A DNA stretch of 64,000 nt from the IMG/VR virus record IMGVR_UViG_3300019762_000007, positions 24,713 to 88,712 of that record. The stretch is one strand, 5' to 3'. This document shows, one piece after another, positions 47,022 to 57,209 of this stretch. The number at the start of each line of letters is the position of its first letter. The first letter of the stretch is position 1. The position numbers were made by a program, and so were the translations under genes. The DNA comes from a virus. Under the pieces are notes generated by a model, which saw only the letters and a program-made list of their open reading frames with translations, made no database searches and was not told the DNA's origin.

Positions 47022-47446
47022 GTTGTAAAGGTAACTGGATTGATGTTTCTGCTGTTGAAGGGTACACTTTTAAAACCAACAATAACAACTTTGAATCTAT
47101 CAACATTCCTTTAGGGATTATTACTGAAATGCCAAAACACTATAGAGCTGCATTAAAATTTAGAAGCTCAACTTGTGATAACTATGGTATTTTACAGAGA
47201 AATCCTGAAGGGGAAATAGAGCCTGATTTTGGTAAAGAGTGGAAACTACCTGTTGTAGTTTTACCTAAATTTATTAGAATGTTCAAATCCATAAACCCAG
47301 GTGATAGAGTAGCACAGATTAATTTTAGTCTGCAATCTACTGCTCCTTGGTATGAAAAGATTAGAGAGTTATTTATTAAACAGGAAATTATAATAGTAGA
47401 TGGGGTAAATTCTACTAGAGAAGGTTTTGGATCAACTGGTAGATAA
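46931..47446 (+). CDS. dut: Trimeric dUTPase-family protein (divergent)
   Basis: FRSS, GDRVAQ, REGFGSTG. Confidence 0.75.
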   Translation: MRIKKGENRGHKSLFKRKIYVKFTSPYSQLSCKGNWIDVSAVEGYTFKTNNNNFESINIPLGIITEMPKHYRAALKFRSSTCDNYGILQRNPEGEIEPDFGKEWKLPVVVLPKFIRMFKSINPGDRVAQINFSLQSTAPWYEKIRELFIKQEIIIVDGVNSTREGFGSTGR

Positions 47447-49899
47447 TGGAAATAGATATTAAGAGCACAGGTGGCTCTTCTTCTATTGTTAGGGGTATAG
47501 CTGATGGAGCTATGCCCCTCATTATTAAAACAATTCAAGAAGACCAATATAAGTACCCTATAAAATCTGCTATTAGAGAATTAGCTTCTAATGGAAGAGA
47601 TTCTATCTCTGAGAAAAGACTTGCAATTGATATAATACAAAACGGAGCTGAGATTAGTAAATATTATAACACAGAAGCTGTTGTAAACGATCTAACTAAA
47701 GACAGTTCATTTAACAGAGAGTATTATGATCTAGATTGGCTAGATACTGAAGATTCAGTTCATATTGTATATACAGAAAAACCTAATGAGCTTAGAGACC
47801 ATATCAGCATTAAAGATACAGGTGTTGGGCTAGGTGGTAGACGATTGCAGGGTTATATGGAACTCGGATACTCCACTAAAAGATTAAGCAAAACTGTACT
47901 AGGCTTCTTTGGTTTTGGTGCTAAAGTTGCTATAGCTACTGGAGCAGAGTTCTATAAAGTAGTTTCTAACTATAATGGAAAGAGATTTGAGTTTGATATT
48001 TATGGAGATGATTATGTTAACTGTACGCCTCCGATAGGATATGATTCATTCAACCCAAAAGAGATTTGGGAAGTAGAGGTTAAGCTTCCTACTGGTGAGA
48101 TAGTTAAACAACATAAAGATATTTACTATATCAACACTACTGAGAAAAATAGTGTTACTATATCATTCGATGTTAAAAATCCTAGGGATAATAGAAGAAA
48201 GTATAGAGAAGCTGTTAAAGATCAATTAGCTTACTTTGGTGATATTATTAGATTTGATTGGAAGGATTACTATGATACAGAGAATATAAAATTCTCTCCT
48301 ATAGAGTATGAAGATGAACAAGTTATAATAGCTGAAAGGTCTCCTTATAACGTACCTCATTTAGTTCTTAATGGTGTTAATTATGGTCCTATAGATTTTG
48401 GAGAGATGGAACGTGAGAGAATGACTGGAGGTATAGGAATTAAAGCCGACATCAATCAGCTAGAAGTAAATCAATCTAGAGAGTCTATAAAGTATTCCAA
48501 TAAATCTGTTACCTATATCAACTCACTTTTAGAGGGTATATCTGACAAAGCTCATAAAGAGATTATGGAGAATGTGGATGTATCTTCAATTGTAGGATGG
48601 ATGACAGTTAATAATACCTCTGCTTCTTCTGGTAATGAAGTCTTTAACAGATATAGAGGATTAGTTAAAAGAGACTTATTCAGCAAGACCTTTATTACCC
48701 CTTCTGGGTTTACTTTAAAATCTGCTTCAGATTTAACTACTTTCTTAAATATAAGAGAAGTTAACAAACCTTATGAAAAGGTATGTCTATCAAGCCCTGT
48801 AACAGTTCTAAAACCTTTAGTTGTAGTTAATTTTGATTCTTCTGCTTACTCTTATAGAAAGGTAGAGTATATCTACTCAACTTTGAATAATAATAGTAGT
48901 TTTACCTATATAACACCTAAGTCTTCTTCTAAAGATGTAGACCTAACTGACGAGTTATTAGCTCAGTTCTTAATTGTACCAGAAGTACTAGATTGGGATA
49001 AGGTTATTGTACCTGACGATTATAAGACTAATATTAAAGAGGCTGAAGTAGAATCAGAGGAAGCCAATGAGTTAGGTATAACAGAAAAAGATCTAAAATT
49101 AACTGCTAGAAAAGAAAAGAGAAGTTTTCCTAGCAGAAAAGTAATATATAATAGAGGGTCAGGTGGCTATAATAAATTTATAATACAAGAACAGAATGTT
49201 AAAGATCTTTTAACAGCTCCTAAACATAGTATTATTTATGGCTTTACAGAAAGTAGAGATAATTTATTACTTAGCCATATTGTTACAAATAAAACTGTAC
49301 TTTTAATATCTAAACAATATTCTAAGTATTTTACAAATCAATTACATGTTGATGCTGCGATGTTTAATTGCAGTGATAATAAAATTTATATGACAGAAGA
49401 TTTTTATAAAACAGCTCTCACTATATATATAGAAGATAAGCTAAGAAAAATGGATTTATCATCATATACTGCACTCATACCTAATATTGTAGACAAGTTA
49501 CTAGAGTTACGTAAAAGTCTTAAAGATCATACTAAAGATCTTTCTTATAGTCAGCGAGAGTTTATTGATAAGTTAGGGTTTAGAGATTTTATTCAACCTT
49601 TATGTAAACTACAAGATTTCGGAATAGAAAATTTATCTGAAGAAGAGCTTGCTAAATTAAAGTCTACATATGGGGGTAGTATAGGAGTGATGTCAATATT
49701 CCCAGAAGAGATAGTTGAGAAGCTCAGGGAGGTTAGAACAGTAATTACAGACGATATGTTAGAATTTTTAGATAGTTATAAGTTTAATATTAATAGATCT
49801 AATGTATTACTAAAAGAGTTTCTTGATTACAAAGAAGTATTCAAGATAGACACCAATTTAAAAAAGGAGGAAATAGATGATTCTATTAATGAAGACTGA
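47446..49899 (+). CDS. rIIA: RIIA-like protein with N-terminal GHKL ATPase
   Basis: IRELASNGRDS, DTGVGL, GFFGFGAK, EVNQSRESI. Confidence 0.8.
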   Translation: MEIDIKSTGGSSSIVRGIADGAMPLIIKTIQEDQYKYPIKSAIRELASNGRDSISEKRLAIDIIQNGAEISKYYNTEAVVNDLTKDSSFNREYYDLDWLDTEDSVHIVYTEKPNELRDHISIKDTGVGLGGRRLQGYMELGYSTKRLSKTVLGFFGFGAKVAIATGAEFYKVVSNYNGKRFEFDIYGDDYVNCTPPIGYDSFNPKEIWEVEVKLPTGEIVKQHKDIYYINTTEKNSVTISFDVKNPRDNRRKYREAVKDQLAYFGDIIRFDWKDYYDTENIKFSPIEYEDEQVIIAERSPYNVPHLVLNGVNYGPIDFGEMERERMTGGIGIKADINQLEVNQSRESIKYSNKSVTYINSLLEGISDKAHKEIMENVDVSSIVGWMTVNNTSASSGNEVFNRYRGLVKRDLFSKTFITPSGFTLKSASDLTTFLNIREVNKPYEKVCLSSPVTVLKPLVVVNFDSSAYSYRKVEYIYSTLNNNSSFTYITPKSSSKDVDLTDELLAQFLIVPEVLDWDKVIVPDDYKTNIKEAEVESEEANELGITEKDLKLTARKEKRSFPSRKVIYNRGSGGYNKFIIQEQNVKDLLTAPKHSIIYGFTESRDNLLLSHIVTNKTVLLISKQYSKYFTNQLHVDAAMFNCSDNKIYMTEDFYKTALTIYIEDKLRKMDLSSYTALIPNIVDKLLELRKSLKDHTKDLSYSQREFIDKLGFRDFIQPLCKLQDFGIENLSEEELAKLKSTYGGSIGVMSIFPEEIVEKLREVRTVITDDMLEFLDSYKFNINRSNVLLKEFLDYKEVFKIDTNLKKEEIDDSINED

Positions 49900-52164
49900 T
49901 TACAGTGAATACATTCATGTAACAGCAGGAGTAAAAATCTTTAATTTGCCTTTCAAGGAGGAAACTAAAGATAATGTATTAGAAGCAGTAACAGCATATG
50001 AAGAAGCTGTTGAAGCTGGTGATATTAAACTAGTTAGAAGTATTATTGCAGAAGTAGATACTTACTGTGAAGGATTATTAAACTCGTCGGAAATGCTGCC
50101 AATAGGCAAATACCTATTGCATGATGTAGTTAAAAATGTATTTTACTTTACATTTGAAGATGTAGCATTGAACTATCCACTACCACAAAAGTTTGTAGAT
50201 ATCTTTATGAAAGATGCCGAAAGTGGTAATAGTTCTGATGGACTAGCTTTGTACATTGGAAGGTTTATTAATAACCCTTACTTTGAGTTAAGTAGATTAG
50301 ACCAGTTAGCAGAGGAGATTTCTTCTACTTATACAGTAGCATCTAAACGAAAAGAGTTTGAAAAAGCTGGCTATTCCTATGAAGAAGCTAAAATTAGAGC
50401 CACTGTACCTGATAAACAGGTTACAAATAATGGTATTTTAGTTACTTATAAAGTAGTTGATGAAGTATTGGATGCTTATGCTTTAGACAAAGATGAGAAA
50501 CGAATCACTGTACCTCGTTATCCTTACACTAAAACTGTTGATCCAGATACTGGAGAAATAACTACTGATGTAACTTACCCTGAATTTGTAGAAGGTAGAC
50601 TATTTAAACCAGCCATTCACTCTTCTGGGGACAAATTTCTTTGTGGAGATAAGCTTATGTATAACTATAAAGTAGGTGTAAATCACTCTTTACCAAGTTG
50701 GGATATGGTATCTACTACTGATGGTCGTAGCCATGAAAAAGGATTACATAGCGGTAAAGTTTGCCGCCTTTCAGCGTAAGCTGTTATTGAAAAGCTAAAT
50801 TTATTTAGTGAAAAATTGTCCAAAAACGGTGAAGGTTAACACTGCTACGGAATAAATTATATATCTTTGTATATGTTTAATTAATAATATATACATGTCA
50901 TTAAAAATAAAAGAAGAAAAAATTTTAGATATTATAGATAACCATAAAGTAGATAAACTTTCTGTTAGTGAGATTTCTAAACTTCAAGGTTTACCTAATA
51001 GTACAATATACGCAATACTGAAACGACGATGTGTAACTATAGATAAGTCTTGTACAGATAGAAGAATGTACAAAGTAAATGATAATTATTTTGATGTTAT
51101 AGACACTACTGAAAAAGCATATATTCTTGGTTTGTTAGCAGCAGATGGTTGCGTTACCTCAAGAAACAGATTACTTTTTAAGCTTGAAGTATCGGATATA
51201 GAAGTTGTTAAGTATGTATCTAGTAAGCTAAGTGATAGGCCTCTACAAGATGATAAGCGTATAGCATCTTCTGGTAAATTTTGTCATTCTGTTAGATTGG
51301 AAATAGTATCAAAAAGATTAACATCTTCTCTTTCTAAGTTGGGTATTGGGTTACATAAAACAAGTAATGAAATATTCCCTGACATCAAAGATGAATTTAA
51401 GCCTGCTTTTATACTAGGGTTTTTTGATGGAGATGGTAGTGTATCTAGAAGAAACATACCATTAAAGCGTAAAAAGTCTATACAAGTATACATATGTTGT
51501 ACTAATAGAAAGTTCCTTGAAGATATACAAGTATTTTTAGGGTTCGGTTCTTTGTACACAGAGAGGAGAAAGACTTTAGATATGTATACATTAAGATTTA
51601 ATTCTTTTGAAGATAAGAGAAAGCTTTTTAATTTACTTTACTCTTCACATGATTTTTACATGGAAAGAAAATATAATTTATATAGCAGTTATATTAATAC
51701 CGTGCTAAGCTACGAGAATGGTAGCCAGTGTAACGCATAGGTACTGAGCGATATATCAGCAAAAATGTACCCACGAGTGGACGACAACCAACAGTCCGTT
51801 GGTTGAAAATATATGCTAAACTGGGTTGTACTGACCAACCGATGAAAATGAGGGAAACCTCCAGAGCCTAAGATAAAAAACTTAGGGTTAATAATAAATG
51901 GGACTTGGGTATATAAATAACTACTTAGGGAAAGGCAGACAATTACTTTGTGCATTTGTTGATCCTGCTTTGATTGGTAAGTTTACTGGAGTTGGTGGAG
52001 AACTTACTTCTAAAGACTTATTTATCTATGGTCATGCTAATCCAGAATTAGTTACTGGTAGTTTGTATCACCATAGTAAATTATTCCCAGTTACTGATGA
52101 TTTAAAAGCTTCTATTAAAGAGAATATCGAAAAGATTAACTCTATACTAGACGCTAATATCTAA
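49877..52164 (+). CDS. rIIB: RIIB-like protein; exons 49877-50755 and 51901-52164 (~380 aa)
   Basis: Follows rIIA; NNP and G.LVTYKVV; splicing restores EKGLHSG|GLGYINNY...VDP. Confidence 0.78.
50862..50869 (+). promoter_or_regulatory. TAnnTTTG element (TATCTTTG) for the intron endonuclease
   Basis: 25 nt upstream of ATG 50895. Confidence 0.5.
50895..51740 (+). CDS. Intron-encoded LAGLIDADG homing endonuclease with N-terminal HTH
   Basis: AYILGLLAADG and FILGFFDGDG. Confidence 0.88.
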   Translation: MSLKIKEEKILDIIDNHKVDKLSVSEISKLQGLPNSTIYAILKRRCVTIDKSCTDRRMYKVNDNYFDVIDTTEKAYILGLLAADGCVTSRNRLLFKLEVSDIEVVKYVSSKLSDRPLQDDKRIASSGKFCHSVRLEIVSKRLTSSLSKLGIGLHKTSNEIFPDIKDEFKPAFILGFFDGDGSVSRRNIPLKRKKSIQVYICCTNRKFLEDIQVFLGFGSLYTERRKTLDMYTLRFNSFEDKRKLFNLLYSSHDFYMERKYNLYSSYINTVLSYENGSQCNA

Positions 52165-52202
52165 TAAATAAGGCTACTGTGTAATGCAGTAGCCTAATTA
52201 TT

Positions 52203-52607
52203 ATGGCTAAGAATAGAAATAGATCCGCAGGTAATGGGTATGAATTAACTACAGCTCATAGACTTAGAGAGTGTGGGTATCCAGAAGCAGCTAGTACACG
52301 AGAGTGTAATAAAGCTAGAGATAATAAGAAAGTAGATATTTGTAATAGAAATGAGGGTGATGAAGGAGAAGGTAGGATGCCTTTCAACATTCAATGTAAA
52401 AACCTTTGTACTAATGCAAATTACGTAAAAATACTTCAAGAGATGGAGAAACATAATGGTACTAAAAGACCTAATATAGTACTCCATAAAAAAACAAAGA
52501 AGGTTGGTACTAAGTTCATGCCTGAAGGAGAGTATGCAATAATGTCTGCTGAGTCCTTTTATGAGCTTTTAGTTAAATTTAATAAATTATGCAAAGAAGG
52601 ACAGTAA
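52203..52607 (+). CDS. PD-(D/E)xK nuclease, Holliday junction resolvase-like
   Basis: GNGYE...VDI...NIQCK. Confidence 0.7.
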   Translation: MAKNRNRSAGNGYELTTAHRLRECGYPEAASTRECNKARDNKKVDICNRNEGDEGEGRMPFNIQCKNLCTNANYVKILQEMEKHNGTKRPNIVLHKKTKKVGTKFMPEGEYAIMSAESFYELLVKFNKLCKEGQ

Positions 52608-53365
52608 TAGATGCTGATAGTATAATACATGCTGTAGCTAGTATCAATGAGAATAATACTTCTAATGATTTACAAGTAACTACTGAAGTGGCTTTTAGGA
52701 TTAATACAATCCTAAAGAATACCGATGCTACTCATTATGTAGGATTTATTGGTGTTTCAGGAGGTACTTATAGACATAAGTTAGCTGTCACTAAACCTTA
52801 TAAAGGGAATAGACCTACAGAGCCTTCAAAGGGTATGAAAAGATGGAGAAAAGTAATTGAAGATTACATGATGTCTAATTTTAATATCTATCAAGTAAAA
52901 GACGTAGAAGCAGATGATTGTTGTATATCATATGCTGAAATGTTTAGTAATGTTACTATTGCTAGCAATGATAAGGACTTGAGACAGAAAGCTGGAAAGA
53001 TTTATGTTTATACTGGTTCTAAGAATAGAGCTGAAGGTTTACATATAATAACAGAGGAAGAAGCAGAGCTAAACCTTATGTCTCAGATGATTACAGGAGA
53101 TGTAGGCGATTCTATATCAGGTCTCCCTGGTAAGGGCAAGGTATTTTTAGATAAAATGCTTGCTGAAGGTAAGAATCTAAGCGATGTGATAGAGTTATAT
53201 AGAAGTACTGTAGGTGATACATACTTACTAGAGCAATATGAATTACTTAGAATGAAAAGAGATTTATGTCCTATCTATCCTTTTAGACCTGTACCTGAAT
53301 TTGTACAACATACTTCATTTGACACACCAGAGACAAGATTTCCTTTTGCTGCATTCGAGCAGTAG
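52589..53365 (+). CDS. 5'-3' exonuclease (T7 gp6/T5 D15-like)
   Basis: IDADS, YKGNR, EADD, SNDKDLRQ, GDVGDSISGLPGKG. Confidence 0.85.
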   Translation: MQRRTVIDADSIIHAVASINENNTSNDLQVTTEVAFRINTILKNTDATHYVGFIGVSGGTYRHKLAVTKPYKGNRPTEPSKGMKRWRKVIEDYMMSNFNIYQVKDVEADDCCISYAEMFSNVTIASNDKDLRQKAGKIYVYTGSKNRAEGLHIITEEEAELNLMSQMITGDVGDSISGLPGKGKVFLDKMLAEGKNLSDVIELYRSTVGDTYLLEQYELLRMKRDLCPIYPFRPVPEFVQHTSFDTPETRFPFAAFEQ

Positions 53366-53393
53366 AAGATAGTATGTACCATTAAATTTTTGA

Positions 53394-53885
53394 ATGCCTA
53401 ATATGGTACAAGATTTATATAAAAAGGAAAATTTAATAAAGGACTTTCTATTTCCTTTATTAGATTTAGATAAACAAACACTAGGAGAAGAGTACATCTC
53501 TCATACATCATATATAAAAGGTAAAGGAATAGTACAGATATTTTATACTGTACAAGTAGTAGTAAATACAGAACATAAAAACTATCATTCTGATTTTTAT
53601 ATAGATTCTTTACATTGTGTCGAGTATAAGCTACCTAAAGAGTTTATAACTGATGCTGATAGTATGAGTATTGGAAGCTATCACCTAGTTAAACCTACAA
53701 CTAAGGCAAAGATACTTAGTTGCGGGTCATTAAAATATAGAAAAAACTTTGCTGAAAAGACTGTAATTAGCGACAAACACGCTTTATTACTTATGTGTGA
53801 TGAACATTACTATGAGTTTGTTTGTTCTACTTTAGGCATTGATATGGAGGATATTGACTTTGGTACTTTTGGTGCCTTTAATTAA
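53394..53885 (+). CDS. Hypothetical protein
   Basis: 163-aa ORF. Confidence 0.6.
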   Translation: MPNMVQDLYKKENLIKDFLFPLLDLDKQTLGEEYISHTSYIKGKGIVQIFYTVQVVVNTEHKNYHSDFYIDSLHCVEYKLPKEFITDADSMSIGSYHLVKPTTKAKILSCGSLKYRKNFAEKTVISDKHALLLMCDEHYYEFVCSTLGIDMEDIDFGTFGAFN

Positions 53886-53894
53886 AATTTATAT

Positions 53895-56852
53895 ATGCTT
53901 AAATTTAAACTTAATGAGGAGTTTCTAGCCCCTTACAAAAAGTTAAAGCCTAATTTCGGCTTTAATGGTTTAGGAGAACTGGTCTATCTCAGGACTTACT
54001 CCAGAATTAAAGAAGATGGTTCTAAGGAAGTGTGGTTTGATACAGTACTTAGAGTAGTAGAGTGGGTATTTAATACACAAAAAACTCACATAGAGCTTAA
54101 TGGTCTAGGTTGGAAAGAGACCAAAGCTCAGAAATTAGCTATGGATATGTTTGACAGAATGTTTAACATGAAGTTTTTACCATCTGGTAGAGGTTTGTGG
54201 ATGGCTGGATCTAAATATATAGATGAGAAATCTTTGTACGCAGCATTAAACTCTTGTGCTTTTGTTTCTACAGATGACTGCCCTGCGGATAATCCTGCCA
54301 AACCTTATACATTTCTTATGGACATGTCTATGTTAGGTGTAGGAGTTGGATTTAATGTCAATGGTATAGGGATTACTATACATAAACCTAGTATAGAAGA
54401 TAACTATTCCTTTACTATTAAGGATTCAAGAGAAGGTTGGGTAGAGGCTTTAAAGATCGTTATCAACTCATTCTTACTCCCTGATAGAACATTACCTTTA
54501 TTTAACTATAGTGAAATTAGACCGTATGGAGAGTTAATTAAAGGCTTTGGAGGTGTTGCATCAGGTTCTGCCCCATTAGAAAAGCTACTTAATCAAATTA
54601 TAACTCAATTTTCTAACAGAGAGGGAGATACTACTACTATTACAGATATAGTAGATATTATGAATAAGATTGCTTGCTGTGTAGTGGCTGGAAATGTTAG
54701 AAGGTCGGCTTCTATTGCTCTATCTGAGCAAAATCATGAGTTTTCTGAACTTAAGCACTACACATATAACTCTGAGAAGCAGATTTATGAAGGACCAAGT
54801 GCCGAAAGAGCTGAATATGGTTGGGCATCTAACAATAGTATCTATGCTAAAGTTGGAATGGATTATAAAAATATCGCTGAGTCTATAGCAATTAATGGAG
54901 AGCCAGGTTTATTCTGGTTAGATAATGCTAAAGAGTATAGTAGAGTGTGTGATCCTAAAGATAACGCAGATAATAAAGCTTCTGGGGTCAATCCTTGTTT
55001 CACAGGGGATATGAGAATTAGAACAGAGAGTGGTTATAAGACATTTTCGGAGCTAGTAAATACTAGACCTAATTTAGTCAATAGACGTAATGAGATAGTT
55101 CCAGGTCATGTTTGGTCTAACGGAATCAAGCCTATTTTAGAAATTAAAGCTGGTAGTACTAAAAACCCTATTGTTATAAAGTGTACTCCTGATCATAAGT
55201 TTTCTGTAGATGGTTCTGAGGTTATGGCTAAAGACCTTAAAGGAAGACGATTAGAATTAGGCTATTCTATGAGAGATACTGGTTTTGATAATGATACTAC
55301 TAGACTTGGTTTTATTCAAGGAGATGGGGCCATTAGACAAGATTGGAAAAAATCTAGACATAAGACTGTGCAAGTTTGTTTCACTCCTGTTAAAGATGAC
55401 GAGGTTTTAACACTATTTGACTATACTGATACTACTAGACAAAGTATTAAAAACACCTCAATAACATATGAAGAGCTTGAAACTTCTGGATTTGATTTTT
55501 CTATTCGTAAAAATAGACGACTACCTAGGGTACATTTTAATTCTAATGACTTTTTATGTGGTCTGTTTTCTGCTAATGGCTCTGTAATAAAATCAGGAAA
55601 TAGAGTAGCTTTAAAAACAGCTTCTATTGATGAGGCTAAAGATGTTGCTGAAATATTAGCTAGTATAGGTATTGAAAGCTATACTACAACTAATAAGCCT
55701 AAAGAAGTATTATTTTCAAATGGCGCTTATGAGTGTGCGGAGTCATATGATGTTAATATATCACAACTTTCTAGTTTAATTAAATTTGCAGAACAGATAT
55801 CTTTTATACAAACATATAAAAGAGAGAGTCTCTCAGAAATACTTGAAAATAAGAGACCTTACGTTTATAGTATTGCTGAAGCAGGTAACGAAGAAGTATT
55901 TGACTTTAGTCTACAGGACGATACTCATTGGGGTATTGTTGAAGGAGTTATAGCACACAATTGTGTGGAACAGACATTAGAATCTTATGAATTATGTACA
56001 CTTGTAGAAACATTTCCTACAAATTGCAGTGATCTAGAAGATTATAAGAAGACTCTAAGAGCTGCTTATTTGTATGCTAAGACTATTACCCTCTGTAAAA
56101 CACATTGGGCAGAATCTAATAGAGTAATGCTTCGTAATAGAAGAATTGGTACATCTATAACAGGTATAGCCCAATTCAAAGACAAGTTCGGACTACCTAA
56201 ACTAAAGACTTTACTTACTTCTGGGTATGAACACCTTAAAGAACTTGATTCAGTATATTCTGATTGGTTCTGCGTCCCTAAAAGTATCAAGATGACTAGT
56301 GTTAAGCCCAGTGGCTCTGTTTCACTTTTGGCTGGCTGTACTCCAGGAGTACATTATCCAATAAATACTACTTATTTAAGGAGAATGAGATTATCTGCAA
56401 GTTCAGAGCTAGTCTCTAAACTTAGAGAGGCTAACTATAATCTAGAACAAGCTATGGAAGATCCTACAGGTCAGACTTTAATAGTTCAGATACCTGTACA
56501 TCTTTCAAAAGTTAGGTCAGAAAGAGAAGTTAGTATGTGGGAACAGTTAGAGTTAGCTGCATTCTTACAAGAACATTGGGCAGATAATCAGGTATCAGTT
56601 ACTATAACATTTGATCCTAAAACTGAAGGAAAACAAATTGCATCTGCATTGGATTTCTTTCAATATAGATTAAAAGGTGTTTCTTTCTTACCTAGATTAG
56701 AATATGGAGCTTTTCATCAAATGCCTTACGAAGAAATTACTTATGAACAATACGCTGATATTACTTCTAGACTTCTTCCTATTAACTTGTCAGGTTTTTC
56801 TGAAGAAGGTGTAGGAGAAAGCGGGTGTTCAAATGATGGTTGTACATTTTAA
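53895..56852 (+). CDS. nrdJ: Class II (B12-dependent) ribonucleoside-triphosphate reductase with intein
   Basis: RTYSR, LPSGRGLW, VVAGNVRRSA, NP|CVEQ, VKPSGSVSLLAG, C-terminal CSNDGC. Confidence 0.92.
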   Translation: MLKFKLNEEFLAPYKKLKPNFGFNGLGELVYLRTYSRIKEDGSKEVWFDTVLRVVEWVFNTQKTHIELNGLGWKETKAQKLAMDMFDRMFNMKFLPSGRGLWMAGSKYIDEKSLYAALNSCAFVSTDDCPADNPAKPYTFLMDMSMLGVGVGFNVNGIGITIHKPSIEDNYSFTIKDSREGWVEALKIVINSFLLPDRTLPLFNYSEIRPYGELIKGFGGVASGSAPLEKLLNQIITQFSNREGDTTTITDIVDIMNKIACCVVAGNVRRSASIALSEQNHEFSELKHYTYNSEKQIYEGPSAERAEYGWASNNSIYAKVGMDYKNIAESIAINGEPGLFWLDNAKEYSRVCDPKDNADNKASGVNPCFTGDMRIRTESGYKTFSELVNTRPNLVNRRNEIVPGHVWSNGIKPILEIKAGSTKNPIVIKCTPDHKFSVDGSEVMAKDLKGRRLELGYSMRDTGFDNDTTRLGFIQGDGAIRQDWKKSRHKTVQVCFTPVKDDEVLTLFDYTDTTRQSIKNTSITYEELETSGFDFSIRKNRRLPRVHFNSNDFLCGLFSANGSVIKSGNRVALKTASIDEAKDVAEILASIGIESYTTTNKPKEVLFSNGAYECAESYDVNISQLSSLIKFAEQISFIQTYKRESLSEILENKRPYVYSIAEAGNEEVFDFSLQDDTHWGIVEGVIAHNCVEQTLESYELCTLVETFPTNCSDLEDYKKTLRAAYLYAKTITLCKTHWAESNRVMLRNRRIGTSITGIAQFKDKFGLPKLKTLLTSGYEHLKELDSVYSDWFCVPKSIKMTSVKPSGSVSLLAGCTPGVHYPINTTYLRRMRLSASSELVSKLREANYNLEQAMEDPTGQTLIVQIPVHLSKVRSEREVSMWEQLELAAFLQEHWADNQVSVTITFDPKTEGKQIASALDFFQYRLKGVSFLPRLEYGAFHQMPYEEITYEQYADITSRLLPINLSGFSEEGVGESGCSNDGCTF
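54996..55961 (+). mobile_element. Intein with LAGLIDADG-type endonuclease in NrdJ (322 aa)
   Basis: CFTGD start, TPDHKF, LGFIQGDG and LCGLFSANG, ends AHN before the catalytic Cys. Confidence 0.92.
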
Positions 56853-56861
56853 ATCAATACA

Positions 56862-57209
56862 ATGGTTAATTTTAATATAAATTTAGTGGCATCAGTATGT
56901 CACAACGTAAATAAAGTAATATGTGATTATTTAGGAGATACTTCACAAGTAACTTTTGATATCGCAGAGGAGTGGCAAAAGGAATCTGCTATTAAAGGAG
57001 TTCAGTTTTTACTAGACAATACTGACGCTACTCCTGAAATGCAGCACGAGAGTTGGGTACAAGCTAAACTGGATGATGGCTGGAAATATGGAGTTGTAAA
57101 GGACGCTAATCTTAAAACACATCCTTGCATAGTTCCTTACAATCAATTACCAAAAGAACAACAATTGAAGGACTACGCTTTTCAAGCTGTTGTAGAATCT
57201 TTCTTATAA
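56862..57209 (+). CDS. RyR-domain protein
   Basis: HESW...GWKYG...THPCIVPYNQLP...KD. Confidence 0.8.
   Translation: MVNFNINLVASVCHNVNKVICDYLGDTSQVTFDIAEEWQKESAIKGVQFLLDNTDATPEMQHESWVQAKLDDGWKYGVVKDANLKTHPCIVPYNQLPKEQQLKDYAFQAVVESFL

Larger units (their letters stand above)
50756..51900 (+). mobile_element. Group I intron in rIIB (1145 nt)
   Basis: P1 GCGGU/GCCGC, P10 AAGUUU/GGACUU, P AAAACGGUGAA, Q AAUACCGUGC, P7 GCAUA/UAUGC, terminal G. Confidence 0.85.
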
